A DNA stretch of 64,000 bases from a virus (lineage: Duplodnaviria > Caudoviricetes): IMG/VR virus record IMGVR_UViG_3300045015_000053. One strand, 5' to 3'. Position numbers and translations under genes: made by a program. Of this stretch, positions 38,529-48,283 are shown piece after piece. Each line of letters opens with the position of its first letter. Position 1 is the first letter of the stretch. A model generated the notes under the pieces. It worked only from the letters and a program-made list of their open reading frames with translations. It made no database searches and was not told where the DNA came from.

Positions 38529-38759
38529 ATGACCAAAACGAAGAAAGAGCCTCGGAATCTGCTCGCCCTCACCGAAGAAGAACTGAAGGCGAAGCCACTC
38601 ACGATGGTCGAGCAGAAAGTTGCGATTCTGCTTCTGAAAGCAGTGGCGCAATACACTGAGGTCACAGAAGTTCTGTTCAGGGCGCAGGCAGAAGAACTCG
38701 AACGGCTCAGGAAGTTCGAGTTCGACCACACCGACCACGACTACGCCAAAGGGTGCTGA
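38529..38759 (+). CDS. hypothetical protein
   Basis: downstream of TTTACA-N17-GATCCT. Confidence 0.5.
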   Translation: MTKTKKEPRNLLALTEEELKAKPLTMVEQKVAILLLKAVAQYTEVTEVLFRAQAEELERLRKFEFDHTDHDYAKGC

Positions 38760-38760
38760 A

Positions 38761-39189
38761 ATGTCCGAGAACGCGAAGCTCATCATACCCGACAAACTGA
38801 AGATCGGGTTTCAGAAGCGAGAAGGAACTTACACCGGCAAGCTCGCCTTTGTCGTCTACATCGACAGCAAGGGCGTGCTTCGCAAGGCGGGTGTCTACAT
38901 CTTCAACGTCGCGACAAAAGACGACTTCATCGCCGACTCCAAGTACGACTGGATCGCCGAAGCGATCAAGAGCATGCCGAAGATCATGCGTGAGTCGGGC
39001 ATCAAGTCCGTGGCGATCCCGGCTCTGGGCTGCGGACTCGGCTGTTTGGATTGGAAGGTCGTCAAGCAAATGATCGTCACAGAGGCGACACGGCCGGTCG
39101 AACACAAGAGCATCGTTGACGACCAGCCGGTGGTGAAGACAGTGGAAAACTGGCACGACATCGAAGCGGAGGTCTATGAACCGCTGTAA
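38761..39189 (+). CDS. chimeric ORF: unrelated N-terminus plus C-terminal half of a macro (DarG-like) domain
   Basis: YIFNVATK..SKYDWI..IKSVAIPALGCGLGCLDWKVVKQMI; macro N-half absent. Confidence 0.6.
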   Translation: MSENAKLIIPDKLKIGFQKREGTYTGKLAFVVYIDSKGVLRKAGVYIFNVATKDDFIADSKYDWIAEAIKSMPKIMRESGIKSVAIPALGCGLGCLDWKVVKQMIVTEATRPVEHKSIVDDQPVVKTVENWHDIEAEVYEPL

Positions 39190-39249
39190 CCGACAACTCT
39201 CGGCCGCACCTCAACCACCAAGTCGAAACAACTCACAAAACCACTCCTC

Positions 39250-39280
39250 AAGAACGATGGGAACTTCCCATCGTTCTTTC
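39250..39280. terminator. 14-bp inverted repeat terminator
   Basis: AAGAACGATGGGAA-c-TTCCCATCGTTCTT then T-rich. Confidence 0.65.
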
Positions 39281-39325
39281 TTTACAAATGGACGTTTTGT
39301 CCTATCATGACGGCTGGAGACTACC

Positions 39326-39604
39326 ATGAACCGCAAGTACAATAATCTGACTGGCATCCCGATCTTCAACGACATGGAGCGGGCGTTACTCCATGCCGAA
39401 CTGATCTCGCGGCCCTGCAAGGTCTGCGGGGCCAAAACGGGGTTCCTGTGCCGTCAAGGGAAGTGGAACGGCACAAAGAGCGTTTACAACGCCAAAGACC
39501 CTAAAATGGAGGCTGGCAGGGTTCATATGGGGCGTCTGCCGGCCGGTTTTGATTCCGAAAAAGCGGTTGACGAAGCTCTGAAAAGGATGAAGGGCAATGC
39601 GTAA
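39326..39604 (+). CDS. small Zn-finger protein
   Basis: CKVCGAKTGFLC..H; GGAG RBS. Confidence 0.55.
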   Translation: MNRKYNNLTGIPIFNDMERALLHAELISRPCKVCGAKTGFLCRQGKWNGTKSVYNAKDPKMEAGRVHMGRLPAGFDSEKAVDEALKRMKGNA

Positions 39605-39769
39605 GATCCTCGTCGCGGTCCTGTCAATGGTTGCCGGGGCCGCAATCGCGTGGTTTCTGACCACGCCCGACGCCCACAACAAACTGGTGCAGGTAATTTC
39701 TGCGCAAATTCAGAGACACTGAGCCTGCTCGCTTGTAAGGGGTAAGTTGAAACCCCACTGGACACTGAA

Positions 39770-41479
39770 ATGGCACTTTCCACCAACATCTTCGACGCGA
39801 AGTGCAGCCGTTGTCCGACCACGTTCGGTGCGAAGCAAGGCTTCTACGAGAAGACCCAGAACGGGATTGTCTTCTACTGCAAGAACTGCGCTGCCAAAGT
39901 CGGCGAAAGCCCGGCTTCCGTTCCGGTCAACAACACCCGGCGGCTGACCGCCAACTTCGAGATTTTTACCCCGAAGGAACCGGACAACCTGCCCATCATC
40001 CGTGCGTTCCCCGGCGCTCGCTGGACCGGCCAGTGCTGGTCCGTTAGCCGCGAAGAGGGGGACCGCGTCCGCGTTCTCGAACTTGCCGACCGCCTCGGCC
40101 TTCAGGTCGATCCGAGCCTCCGCACCATCAAGTTGTGCGGGCGGGCCGAGGCCGCTAAGACGCGCGGGCTGTACCCGTTCCAAGTCGAGGGCGTCGATTT
40201 CGTCAGCAAGAAGGCTCACGCCCTTCTCGGCGATCAGATGGGACTCGGCAAGACCGCCCAGTCGCTCATGTCGTTGGAAGAAAGCGACCGCGTTCTGGCG
40301 GTGGTTCCCGCGAGCCTCAAGAACAACTGGCGGGCCGAAATCCTGCTGTGGCGTCCAGAGTTCAAGATCAAGATCATCAAGAAGAAAACCGACTTCGTTC
40401 TGCCGGTCGCGGGCGAAATCGTCATCATCAACCGCGAATTGCTCCCCGACTACCTTACTCCCGTCAAGGTCGAGGGCGAGAAGTACCCCGTTGCCAAATG
40501 GCCCGAAGGGGTTCGGCAGTACGTCGGCGAGATTCTTGTCATTGTTGACGAGGCTCACAAGTACAAGAACTGGCAGGCCAAGTGCAGCAAGAAGATGGGG
40601 CAGTTGAGCCGCGCGGCCCGAAAGGTTATCGCGTTGACCGGCACCCCGCTGCTCAACAAGCCGGGCGACCTGTTCGGCGTCCTGTCGAGCGTCGGCATGG
40701 TGGGCGAAGTGTTCGGGACGTGGAACCGCTTCAAGGAACTGTTCAACGCCCAAGACGGCCAGTACGGACTCGAATGGGGCATGCCCAGTCCCGAAGTGCC
40801 GGAACGTCTCCGTCGCGTCATGCTCGCCCGCCGCCGCGAAGAGGTGCTTCCGAACCTCCCGCGCAAGCAATACGTCGATCTGCCGGTGGACAACACCAAG
40901 TCCATCGACAAGCAGTTGGACGCACTGGACAAGGTCCACGGCAAGTTGTCCCGCGAAGGCGGCAGGCTGCCGCCGTTCCAAGACTTCAGCCGCATCCGCG
41001 CCGAGATCGCCGAGGCCCGGATTCCCGAAATGCTGGAGTTCGTGGAGAACTGCGAGGAACAGGAAGAACAGCTTGTGGTGTTCTCCTACCACCTCGCACC
41101 GCTGGATCAGTTGGCGATGCGTGAAGGGTGGGCGGTCATCAGCGGCGATACGCCGCTCGATCAGCGGCAGCAGATCGTGGACGCCTTCCAGCAGGGACAC
41201 TTGAAGGGCGTCGGGCTGACGATTCAGGCCGGTGGCGTGGGTCTTACCCTCACGGCCGCGAACAAGATGCTGTTCGTGGACATGGACTGGGTTCCGGCGA
41301 ACAACTGGCAGGCAGAAGACCGCATCTGCCGTATCGGGCAGGAAGCTGACAAGGTGACGATCTATCGGATGGTCAGCAACCACCCGCTCGACCGTCACGT
41401 TCACACCCTGCTCGCCACCAAGATCGCTTTGATCGAGGCGGCGACGTTACAGCAAGCCAAAGCGGTATTGCCCACATGA
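39770..41479 (+). CDS. SNF2/HARP(SMARCAL1)-like helicase with N-terminal Zn finger
   Basis: LGDQMGLGKT; IVDEAH; LTGTP; AGGVGLTLT; QAEDRICRIGQ. Confidence 0.9.
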   Translation: MALSTNIFDAKCSRCPTTFGAKQGFYEKTQNGIVFYCKNCAAKVGESPASVPVNNTRRLTANFEIFTPKEPDNLPIIRAFPGARWTGQCWSVSREEGDRVRVLELADRLGLQVDPSLRTIKLCGRAEAAKTRGLYPFQVEGVDFVSKKAHALLGDQMGLGKTAQSLMSLEESDRVLAVVPASLKNNWRAEILLWRPEFKIKIIKKKTDFVLPVAGEIVIINRELLPDYLTPVKVEGEKYPVAKWPEGVRQYVGEILVIVDEAHKYKNWQAKCSKKMGQLSRAARKVIALTGTPLLNKPGDLFGVLSSVGMVGEVFGTWNRFKELFNAQDGQYGLEWGMPSPEVPERLRRVMLARRREEVLPNLPRKQYVDLPVDNTKSIDKQLDALDKVHGKLSREGGRLPPFQDFSRIRAEIAEARIPEMLEFVENCEEQEEQLVVFSYHLAPLDQLAMREGWAVISGDTPLDQRQQIVDAFQQGHLKGVGLTIQAGGVGLTLTAANKMLFVDMDWVPANNWQAEDRICRIGQEADKVTIYRMVSNHPLDRHVHTLLATKIALIEAATLQQAKAVLPT

Positions 41480-41730
41480 TCGTCAAAGACATCTACACGA
41501 ACCCCGGCCTCGTGTCGGGGTTCGACTTTGCCAAAAACGGCCGCGAAACACTCGACTGGCTGCGTGAGATGTGGCAGTGGAATCGGGATCGTCGCGCCCG
41601 GTCTATCCTCGACAAGTTCTCTCGCAAGTTCGCCGCGTGGAAGAAGAAGCAAGAGGAAGACAAGAAGTACAAGGAAGACTTGAGGTTCGTTCTGAACGCT
41701 CTGAATAAACTGGCTCGTGAGGCCGCTTGA
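41476..41730 (+). CDS. hypothetical protein
   Basis: ATGA overlap. Confidence 0.5.
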   Translation: MIVKDIYTNPGLVSGFDFAKNGRETLDWLREMWQWNRDRRARSILDKFSRKFAAWKKKQEEDKKYKEDLRFVLNALNKLAREAA

Positions 41731-41731
41731 C

Positions 41732-41941
41732 ATGACAGAAAAGGAACACATTAAGCTGTCTCGACTCGGCGATCACTTCTGGCTGGCTTACAGTCGGTTG
41801 ATCGCCGAGACGCTGAAGCAGGCACCCGAACACCTGCGCCCGCATCTACTGGCAATGTTACAAGACAAGTCGTCGGTATACGGCTCGGTCTACGAACGGT
41901 ACATGCAAGGAGACTCCGTTGAAGACCCCAACGCCGGGTGA
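41732..41941 (+). CDS. hypothetical protein
   Basis: ORF track. Confidence 0.45.
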   Translation: MTEKEHIKLSRLGDHFWLAYSRLIAETLKQAPEHLRPHLLAMLQDKSSVYGSVYERYMQGDSVEDPNAG

Positions 41942-42307
41942 AATCGCCACCCTCTACGGCCAGTACATCTACAACATCGCCCGGCGGATGCTGCGGTGCG
42001 ATGCTGACGCGGAAGACGTTCTTCAAGATGTGCTGAAGACCGTGCTTTTGAAGCTGCATACCTTCAAGGGCGACTCCGATCTCAAAACGTGGCTCTACCG
42101 CGTATCGTTCAACGCGGCTCTGGCGGCGCGAGAGAAAATCGTCAAGAGGCAGGCCCGTTTCTGCTCCTGTGACTGGTCATGTCCCACTTCGAGGACAAGA
42201 GCAACGGCCAGATCGGAATCGAACTCGGATTGAGCTTGCCGGCAGTCAAAAGCAGACTCCACCGCGCACGTCGCAGGATGCACAAGCTCTTACAGGCTTA
42301 CTACTAA
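41919..42307 (+). pseudogene. split/frameshifted ECF sigma factor
   Basis: region 2 (YNIARRML..AEDVLQDV..DLKTWLYRVSFN) in one frame; region 4 (SNGQIGIELGLSLPAVKSRLHRARRRM) in another, ending TAA 42305-42307. Confidence 0.75.
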
Positions 42308-42344
42308 CAGTTCTTGTTTCCATAAGCTACAGAGCCTGTAAGCT

Positions 42345-42375
42345 AACAAGCTACAAGCCCTGTAGCTTGTTTTCT
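42345..42375 (+). terminator. intrinsic terminator
   Basis: AACAAGCTACA-agccc-TGTAGCTTGTT-TTCT. Confidence 0.65.
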
Positions 42376-42454
42376 GTCTTGCGGTTTGTTGCTCGGCGAT
42401 GTAAAGTAAACTAAGTTGCGGCGAGTACAATCTCGCTAAACCAAGAGGTTTGCA

Positions 42455-42919
42455 ATGCCCGCGAAAAACTTGACTCCAGCCGACCGCCTCTCTCTGAACA
42501 AGGCCGAAGACCTCACTACCATCGCGTCCTACAGGGTCGCGACCGTAGGCAACGAAGGCGTCACCTCCACGCCGAACGGCCTGATGATGAGCAAGAGGCT
42601 CACTCTGCTCTCGGTGGGCGAGATCAATCCGTTCTGCGAAGAAGGTGTCGAGGACGACATCGCTAGGTTCAAAACGCCCGAAGAGGCGGAAGAGGCCAGA
42701 GACAAGTACGTCCGCGAGATGGCCGGCGTCGGGATTACCGCGAAGGTGGTCGTCACGGCGGTAAACGCCGCAGGAACCGTTCTGGCAATCGACGGCGAGT
42801 TCATCAGTGTGCCAGACGACGAGTTCGTTGACGACGGCAGCGGCGACTGGAAAGATGACGAGTGCGAAGGCGGTATGTGTAATATGGACGGGGTGTGCGA
42901 CAAGCACCAATCCCGATAA
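42455..42919 (+). CDS. hypothetical protein, acidic Cys-containing tail
   Basis: GAGG RBS. Confidence 0.5.
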   Translation: MPAKNLTPADRLSLNKAEDLTTIASYRVATVGNEGVTSTPNGLMMSKRLTLLSVGEINPFCEEGVEDDIARFKTPEEAEEARDKYVREMAGVGITAKVVVTAVNAAGTVLAIDGEFISVPDDEFVDDGSGDWKDDECEGGMCNMDGVCDKHQSR

Positions 42920-42949
42920 CCGTTTCTGGACCGTGGCGGGGGCCGAACC

Positions 42950-43429
42950 ATGCCTAACAAACAGTTGAACCGATCCGAGATAATCGCGTTGGGTGACAAC
43001 AAACCGTTCACCAGCGCGGCCAAAGAAGTCGGAATCGCACCCAGAAGCTTCGTATCGCTTTACCGCACGATGGGCGGCGAACGAAAAGGGTGCATCGAGA
43101 GGAAACCGCCGGGCCGTCGCGAGCTTGTTGAAGCTCTGAAGGCGAAGACGAAACGCGAGGTGGCGGAACACTACGAAATCGGCTACAAAACCCTCATCAA
43201 GTGGATCAAGAACTACAAGATCCGCGATCAGATCTTCACCCCCGACATGATGAGTCTGGCTCGCGCGGCCCGAATGCTGAAGGTGAGCAGGATGACGCTC
43301 TCGAACTGGTACAGGGAGGGCAAGGTGCCGGGAGCGGTGAAGATCAACGACACGAGGGTGATGGTGCCAAAAGCTACCGTCAACATGTTGCTGTTGATCA
43401 ACAAGAAGAAAGAACTCGGCGATACATAA
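42950..43429 (+). CDS. multi-HTH DNA-binding protein (MerR/excisionase-like C-terminal HTH)
   Basis: REVAEHYEIGYKTLIKWIK; SLARAARMLKVSRMTLSNWYREGKVPGAVK. Confidence 0.7.
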   Translation: MPNKQLNRSEIIALGDNKPFTSAAKEVGIAPRSFVSLYRTMGGERKGCIERKPPGRRELVEALKAKTKREVAEHYEIGYKTLIKWIKNYKIRDQIFTPDMMSLARAARMLKVSRMTLSNWYREGKVPGAVKINDTRVMVPKATVNMLLLINKKKELGDT

Positions 43430-43433
43430 TGGC

Positions 43434-43952
43434 ATGAATAGCGAACAATACGGGAAGATGGTGGCCGAGATCGCTCGACTGTACGTCTGTGAAAACAAAT
43501 CCTATCTGAAGACCGCAGTCAAGACCGTAATCAACCTGACCCCGGCCGTGATCTTCGCCAACTCACCCCGTGAACCCACCGAAGACGAACTCCTCGAAAC
43601 CGTCGAACGACACAATCCGTTCGCGGTCGAGGACATGTCCGAAGAACTGCGATACCGCTATCTGGCCGTCTGCAAGCTCGAACTCGACATCGCCGACGCG
43701 GTCAAAGCCTATCGCGTCGAGCGGGCGGTCATTTCACACTATCGCTTGCTCGAAGACCAAACCCGTTATTTGACGTGGCTGGAAGCGGCACCGGAAATAG
43801 AGGGTAAGAAGGACGATGAAATGGCCGAATTCAACCAGTTGAATGAGGCCGAAGAGGTCGCGCACTGTTACACGTCGGTCATGTCTGCCGTTGGAATTCG
43901 CCACGATGTTGAGGTCGTCGGCTTCAACCGTTTCCACGAACGCATCTCCTAA
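43434..43952 (+). CDS. hypothetical protein
   Basis: ORF track. Confidence 0.5.
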   Translation: MNSEQYGKMVAEIARLYVCENKSYLKTAVKTVINLTPAVIFANSPREPTEDELLETVERHNPFAVEDMSEELRYRYLAVCKLELDIADAVKAYRVERAVISHYRLLEDQTRYLTWLEAAPEIEGKKDDEMAEFNQLNEAEEVAHCYTSVMSAVGIRHDVEVVGFNRFHERIS

Positions 43953-43992
43953 AAGGGTTTACAAACTGCCCCGTTTTGTCGATAATGGGTGC

Positions 43993-44199
43993 ATGGACCC
44001 TGAAACCCGAAACTGGTTAATCGAATACATCAGTTGCGAGAGCAACCACCGCTGGTTCGTAGTAAGCTGCCCGGCCGATTGGGATCAACGTCGCGTCCAA
44101 GAACGCGCGGAATCCAATTGCGGCGGGTGCGGTGACGACATGGCCGAAATCCTGTCGGTTAGCGAAACGCACGAAGAATCCAACCATAACTGGAGCTAA
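43993..44199 (+). CDS. hypothetical protein
   Basis: downstream of TTTACA-N17-GATAAT. Confidence 0.45.
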   Translation: MDPETRNWLIEYISCESNHRWFVVSCPADWDQRRVQERAESNCGGCGDDMAEILSVSETHEESNHNWS

Positions 44200-44200
44200 C

Positions 44201-44692
44201 ATGGGCCTCATCCGTCGCGGCGCGTTCTGCAACGAATCCACGCTGTTCCAGCGGGTCTGTGCGCCTCGAAAGACTTCCGTCTTCTGCTTCGGCGGCGGGG
44301 GTTCTGGCCTCTCCAAAGAATCGCAGGAAATGATCGACAAGTATTTCGGGTGGGAGTACATGGGCGAGGCACAGTTCGAGTTCGGCAAAGCCGCCGAGTG
44401 CCTCGCGTTCATGTTCGAGAACCGTGACAAACTCGTCACCTGCGAGAACAACGGCTACTTCTTCCTCGTTCGCGAGGACGTGAAGGACCAAGCCTTCGCA
44501 CAGTTCGCGGCGGTTGAGAAGAAGGGCGGCGGTCACGGCCGCAGTCTGGGGCTGAAGCGAGCCGAAACCCTCGGCTGGTTCGATTTCGAGAACGGTTACT
44601 TCGTCGGCCGCACGGCCGAGATCCGAGACGCGGTCAAGCAACTGCTCGATGAGGACGCGGAAGATGAAGCCCCAAACGATCTTGCCAATTGA
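44201..44692 (+). CDS. hypothetical phage protein
   Basis: GGAG RBS; EYMGEAQFEFG. Confidence 0.55.
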   Translation: MGLIRRGAFCNESTLFQRVCAPRKTSVFCFGGGGSGLSKESQEMIDKYFGWEYMGEAQFEFGKAAECLAFMFENRDKLVTCENNGYFFLVREDVKDQAFAQFAAVEKKGGGHGRSLGLKRAETLGWFDFENGYFVGRTAEIRDAVKQLLDEDAEDEAPNDLAN

Positions 44693-45224
44693 AGGCCCGA
44701 TCAGGTTCAAACCGGACGCCGACAAGGGCTACAGGGAACTTGTCGGCGCACTCAGGCCGCACTACGCCTCGATCAGCGGCTACGATCCGAAGACCGTAGT
44801 TCATTTGCTGGCGAGCATGTGGGCGCACCCGGCCAACGAGTACGAAGCCACGAAGCTTCTGACTGGCAAGCCCGCGCAGATCTACCACCACCTTCAGCCG
44901 CCCGAAGGGGACTACAAGATCGAGGCGATGGGCGTCAGCAGCAACCTAGTGCGATTCCTACACGGTTGCGACATCCTGTTTTATCGGTACGAGAAAGATA
45001 ACCCGCTCGAAATCATCAGCATGTTCGCCAAAGACAGGTGCTTCCTGTCGCTCGATCCGATTTCGACCACGGATTTTGAAGCCGGGATGTTCGGTGAGTA
45101 CGATTACCGGGGCGTATTCGTCGTCTACCAGTTGGGCGTCCGCGCCTTCCCCGAATGGTCCGAAGCCGTGTGGAAGTCCTTCCAGTGCGAAGTACAGCCG
45201 CACATCATTTTCTCAATGCCGTAA
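44664..45224 (+). CDS. hypothetical protein
   Basis: ORF track. Confidence 0.5.
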   Translation: MKPQTILPIEGPIRFKPDADKGYRELVGALRPHYASISGYDPKTVVHLLASMWAHPANEYEATKLLTGKPAQIYHHLQPPEGDYKIEAMGVSSNLVRFLHGCDILFYRYEKDNPLEIISMFAKDRCFLSLDPISTTDFEAGMFGEYDYRGVFVVYQLGVRAFPEWSEAVWKSFQCEVQPHIIFSMP

Positions 45225-45296
45225 CGCAATTTCGGAGACATGGTTCCTGAACGCTTGTTAGTTGCGGGTTCCACTCAAACTCGATGAGGAAGTGCA

Positions 45297-45641
45297 ATGC
45301 CTGTCACGCTCGCGGCACCGAGGGAGTTGACTTTGGTGCCTGTGTTTCATGTGAAGAACGCCGAAGAACTTGAACGCCTCCAGAACGAGTTCTCCCAGTT
45401 CAAACGCCGATTCGAGTTGGCCTCCTACATCGGCGAGGACAAGGTCATCAACGTGTTCGTGAGCAACGAGTACACCACTCTTTCCGAGCGGACGGTTATC
45501 ACGGTCTGCGCCTGCAAGATTACGCTAAGGGACACGCGCGATCTCGGCGAAGTGTGGTCCTCTCCGGTCGAAACCTTTTACCGTTTCGGTAACGGTATCA
45601 AAGCCCAAATCTTCGTCATCCGCAACACGATGCCAAAATGA
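45297..45641 (+). CDS. hypothetical protein
   Basis: GAGG RBS. Confidence 0.5.
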   Translation: MPVTLAAPRELTLVPVFHVKNAEELERLQNEFSQFKRRFELASYIGEDKVINVFVSNEYTTLSERTVITVCACKITLRDTRDLGEVWSSPVETFYRFGNGIKAQIFVIRNTMPK

Positions 45642-46420
45642 AACCAATACCCGAACTCGGCAAACGCTACTATCGCAAACGCGGCATGACCGCGTCCGTT
45701 CGCCTTGTCACCAAGATCGAAGGTGACAAGGTGTTCTGGCGTTTGCTCTACGGCCCCGGAGCCAAAAAACACCCAGAAGGACAAACCACGCTCAACGGGA
45801 TGAAGAGGTGGATGACGGCCGAATACAGCGGCGACGAAAACTACTACAGGCTCGACGGCGCGGTGATCTACCAAAGCTACCTCGTCCAGAACGTTGACGG
45901 CGAAACAGCGTTCCGCTGCGGTCGCAAACGCGCCCTGTTCTACCTCCGCAAAGGATACGCCGTTGAGGTCGGTGATCACCTCATCAAGCTCGTTACTTCT
46001 GAAACGGTGGACCGCCTGAAGCAATTGCACGGCGAGGAACTCACCCCGTTCTTCATGGCTGTTAAGAATCAAAAATGCGTCGTCTGCGGCGTTGACCGGC
46101 CGCTCACACGGCACCACGTCGTGCCGCGCCGTGTCACGAAGATCCTGCCCAAGACGGTGAAGTGCCGTATCTCGAACATCCTGTTCGTTTGTGTGAAGTG
46201 TCACTCGAAGTACAACGACAACGACATCCAACACGAAGAACTCGATCCGCAAGCTTGGGTCGATCACTTCAACAAGGTGATGGAGCCGAAACAACTGCCA
46301 GAAGGATGGACGATTTTCACTGTCAAAGAGGGCGTTTTAGACGAAAACGGAGATCCGCCGCCACTTCAGCCGGTTCCGGTCTATACTGACCAAGTTGTCG
46401 AAACCCCTGGTGGAGTCTGA
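45638..46420 (+). CDS. HNH-domain protein (EXD2 C-terminal-like)
   Basis: CGRKRALFYLRKGYA; KNQKCVVCG..LTRHHVVP..NILFVCVKCH. Confidence 0.7.
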   Translation: MKPIPELGKRYYRKRGMTASVRLVTKIEGDKVFWRLLYGPGAKKHPEGQTTLNGMKRWMTAEYSGDENYYRLDGAVIYQSYLVQNVDGETAFRCGRKRALFYLRKGYAVEVGDHLIKLVTSETVDRLKQLHGEELTPFFMAVKNQKCVVCGVDRPLTRHHVVPRRVTKILPKTVKCRISNILFVCVKCHSKYNDNDIQHEELDPQAWVDHFNKVMEPKQLPEGWTIFTVKEGVLDENGDPPPLQPVPVYTDQVVETPGGV

Positions 46421-46422
46421 AC

Positions 46423-46797
46423 ATGGGCAAGATGAACATCAACGGCGTCGAGTACGACGTTCCTAACGGTTCGAGTGTGTCGGTGGTCAACGGTGTGGTG
46501 ACAATCGGCGGCAAACAGGTTACGAGCTACACCGAGCCGGTCAAGCTGAACGTGTTCATCACCGGCGACGTGGGCAGCGTCAACGCGGCCGGCAACGTCG
46601 AGGTTCGCGGCAACTCGAAGGCCGTCGATGCCGGCGGGAGCGTGGATGTCGGCGGCAACGTGGACGGCAAGGTGGATGCCGGCGGGAGTGTCACCTGCAA
46701 GGATGTGAAGGGCGATGTGGACGCGGGCGGCAGCGTCACCTGCGGGAACGTTTCCGGCAGCGTGGACGCGGGCGGCAGTGTTAGTTACCGAAAGTAA
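46423..46797 (+). CDS. Gly/Val-rich beta-solenoid repeat protein
   Basis: VDAGGSV four times at ~15-aa period. Confidence 0.7.
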   Translation: MGKMNINGVEYDVPNGSSVSVVNGVVTIGGKQVTSYTEPVKLNVFITGDVGSVNAAGNVEVRGNSKAVDAGGSVDVGGNVDGKVDAGGSVTCKDVKGDVDAGGSVTCGNVSGSVDAGGSVSYRK

Positions 46798-46807
46798 AGG
46801 TGCAATC

Positions 46808-47164
46808 GTGAGCGGAACCAACGCAGTTGTCGAAGTTGACATCGGCATCGACAACGTCTACGGCCACCAATTCGTTCAGAACGAAGAGGTGCGAAACACG
46901 GATCGCGGCCAGCAGGCCGTCTACCCACTGAGCCAGACCAACTTGGTCGTGGGCGGGCTGTGTGGTTCCGTTTACCTCGGCGACCAGCACATCGGGTTGG
47001 TCGCCGACACAACCGATGGGTACAAGATCATCGACCCCACCGGCAAAATCGAGTCGGTGCGGATCAACCGCACTACCGGCAAACTCTTCATCAACTGGAA
47101 GGAACCGATCAAGGCGGGCGAATCCCGCGTGATCGTCTCCTACGAGTACGGCACAAAGGGCTGA
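46808..47164 (+). CDS. hypothetical beta-rich protein
   Basis: AAGG RBS, GTG start. Confidence 0.5.
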   Translation: MSGTNAVVEVDIGIDNVYGHQFVQNEEVRNTDRGQQAVYPLSQTNLVVGGLCGSVYLGDQHIGLVADTTDGYKIIDPTGKIESVRINRTTGKLFINWKEPIKAGESRVIVSYEYGTKG

Positions 47165-47165
47165 G

Positions 47166-48281
47166 ATGAACATCCTCCGCAAACTCGTACTACGCATTCA
47201 CGAAACTCCGACCCGTGCCGTCCTCGCCATCACCGGGGGCGGCACGGAAGCAATCGGGGAGCTTCTGCGTTATGGACAAGGCTCCAGCACCATTCTGGAA
47301 GCCGTCGTCCCATACGACCAACAAGCGTTCCGCGACTTCGTCAAAGGCACGCCCGACAAGTATTGCTCGTCGGAAGCCGCCAACGATCTCGCGGCATCGG
47401 CTTATCTTCGCGCCCGCCAATTAACGAGCGAAGGGCCGGTCGTCGGCGTGGGCGTCACCTGTTCGCTCACGAAGGACGGAGAGCGAGCGGGCCGCAAGCA
47501 CAACGCATACATCGCCGTACAGGGTGACGACTCGACATACGAGTGCGAGGTTCTGCTGAAAGATGCCGTTCGCACCCGCGCCGAACAAGAGGCTCGTGTG
47601 GCCGAGGCCATCATCGGCTGTCTGGCGATGATGTGCGGAATCCCGGCGTCCGAAAATTGCATGTCACACAACCTCATCTGCAACGGCACCCACTACGGCG
47701 TCGGGCAAGAACTGATGGATGTGTGCAGGGGGCAACTGGACGTTACGCCGCAGTGCAGCCGCGAAAATCGCGTCATCTTCTCCGGGGCGTTCAATCCGCT
47801 CCACGCGCAACACGAAAAGATCGCGGCGAAGGTGGCCGAACTCACCGGGCAACGTGTCGATCTGGAAGTCTGCATCAAGAACGTGGACAAGCCCGCGCTC
47901 AGTCACGCGGTCATTCATCAACGGCGTGACCATTTGAGTGTGGCTATGTACCAGAAGGATTGGGCCGGTTCACTGTTCTGGACCAGCACACCCACCTTCA
48001 AGCAGAAGGCTCTGGCCTTCCCGAAGTCCACCTTCGTCATCGGGTGGGACACCTTCACGCGGCTCAACGATCCCAAGTACGGCGATCTTGACGAAGCCGT
48101 GGCCGTGTTCAGGAAGATGGGTACAAAATTCCTTGTCTTCCATCGTATCATCAACGGCGTATCCAGTGCGGACGCCCCGGCGACCGAATGGCGAATGGCC
48201 GAGTTCGCCAAGATCATCTCGGCCGAGGAACTTCCTCCGGTCGATATTTCCAGCACTCAGATCCGTAACGCGGGAACCTGA
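47166..48281 (+). CDS. CinA-like domain fused to NadD/NMNAT-like nucleotidyltransferase
   Basis: AITGGGTEAIGELL..GSSTILEAVVPY; GAFNPLHAQH; FVIGWDTF.RL.DPKY; DISSTQIR. Confidence 0.75.
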   Translation: MNILRKLVLRIHETPTRAVLAITGGGTEAIGELLRYGQGSSTILEAVVPYDQQAFRDFVKGTPDKYCSSEAANDLAASAYLRARQLTSEGPVVGVGVTCSLTKDGERAGRKHNAYIAVQGDDSTYECEVLLKDAVRTRAEQEARVAEAIIGCLAMMCGIPASENCMSHNLICNGTHYGVGQELMDVCRGQLDVTPQCSRENRVIFSGAFNPLHAQHEKIAAKVAELTGQRVDLEVCIKNVDKPALSHAVIHQRRDHLSVAMYQKDWAGSLFWTSTPTFKQKALAFPKSTFVIGWDTFTRLNDPKYGDLDEAVAVFRKMGTKFLVFHRIINGVSSADAPATEWRMAEFAKIISAEELPPVDISSTQIRNAGT

Positions 48282-48283
48282 AC

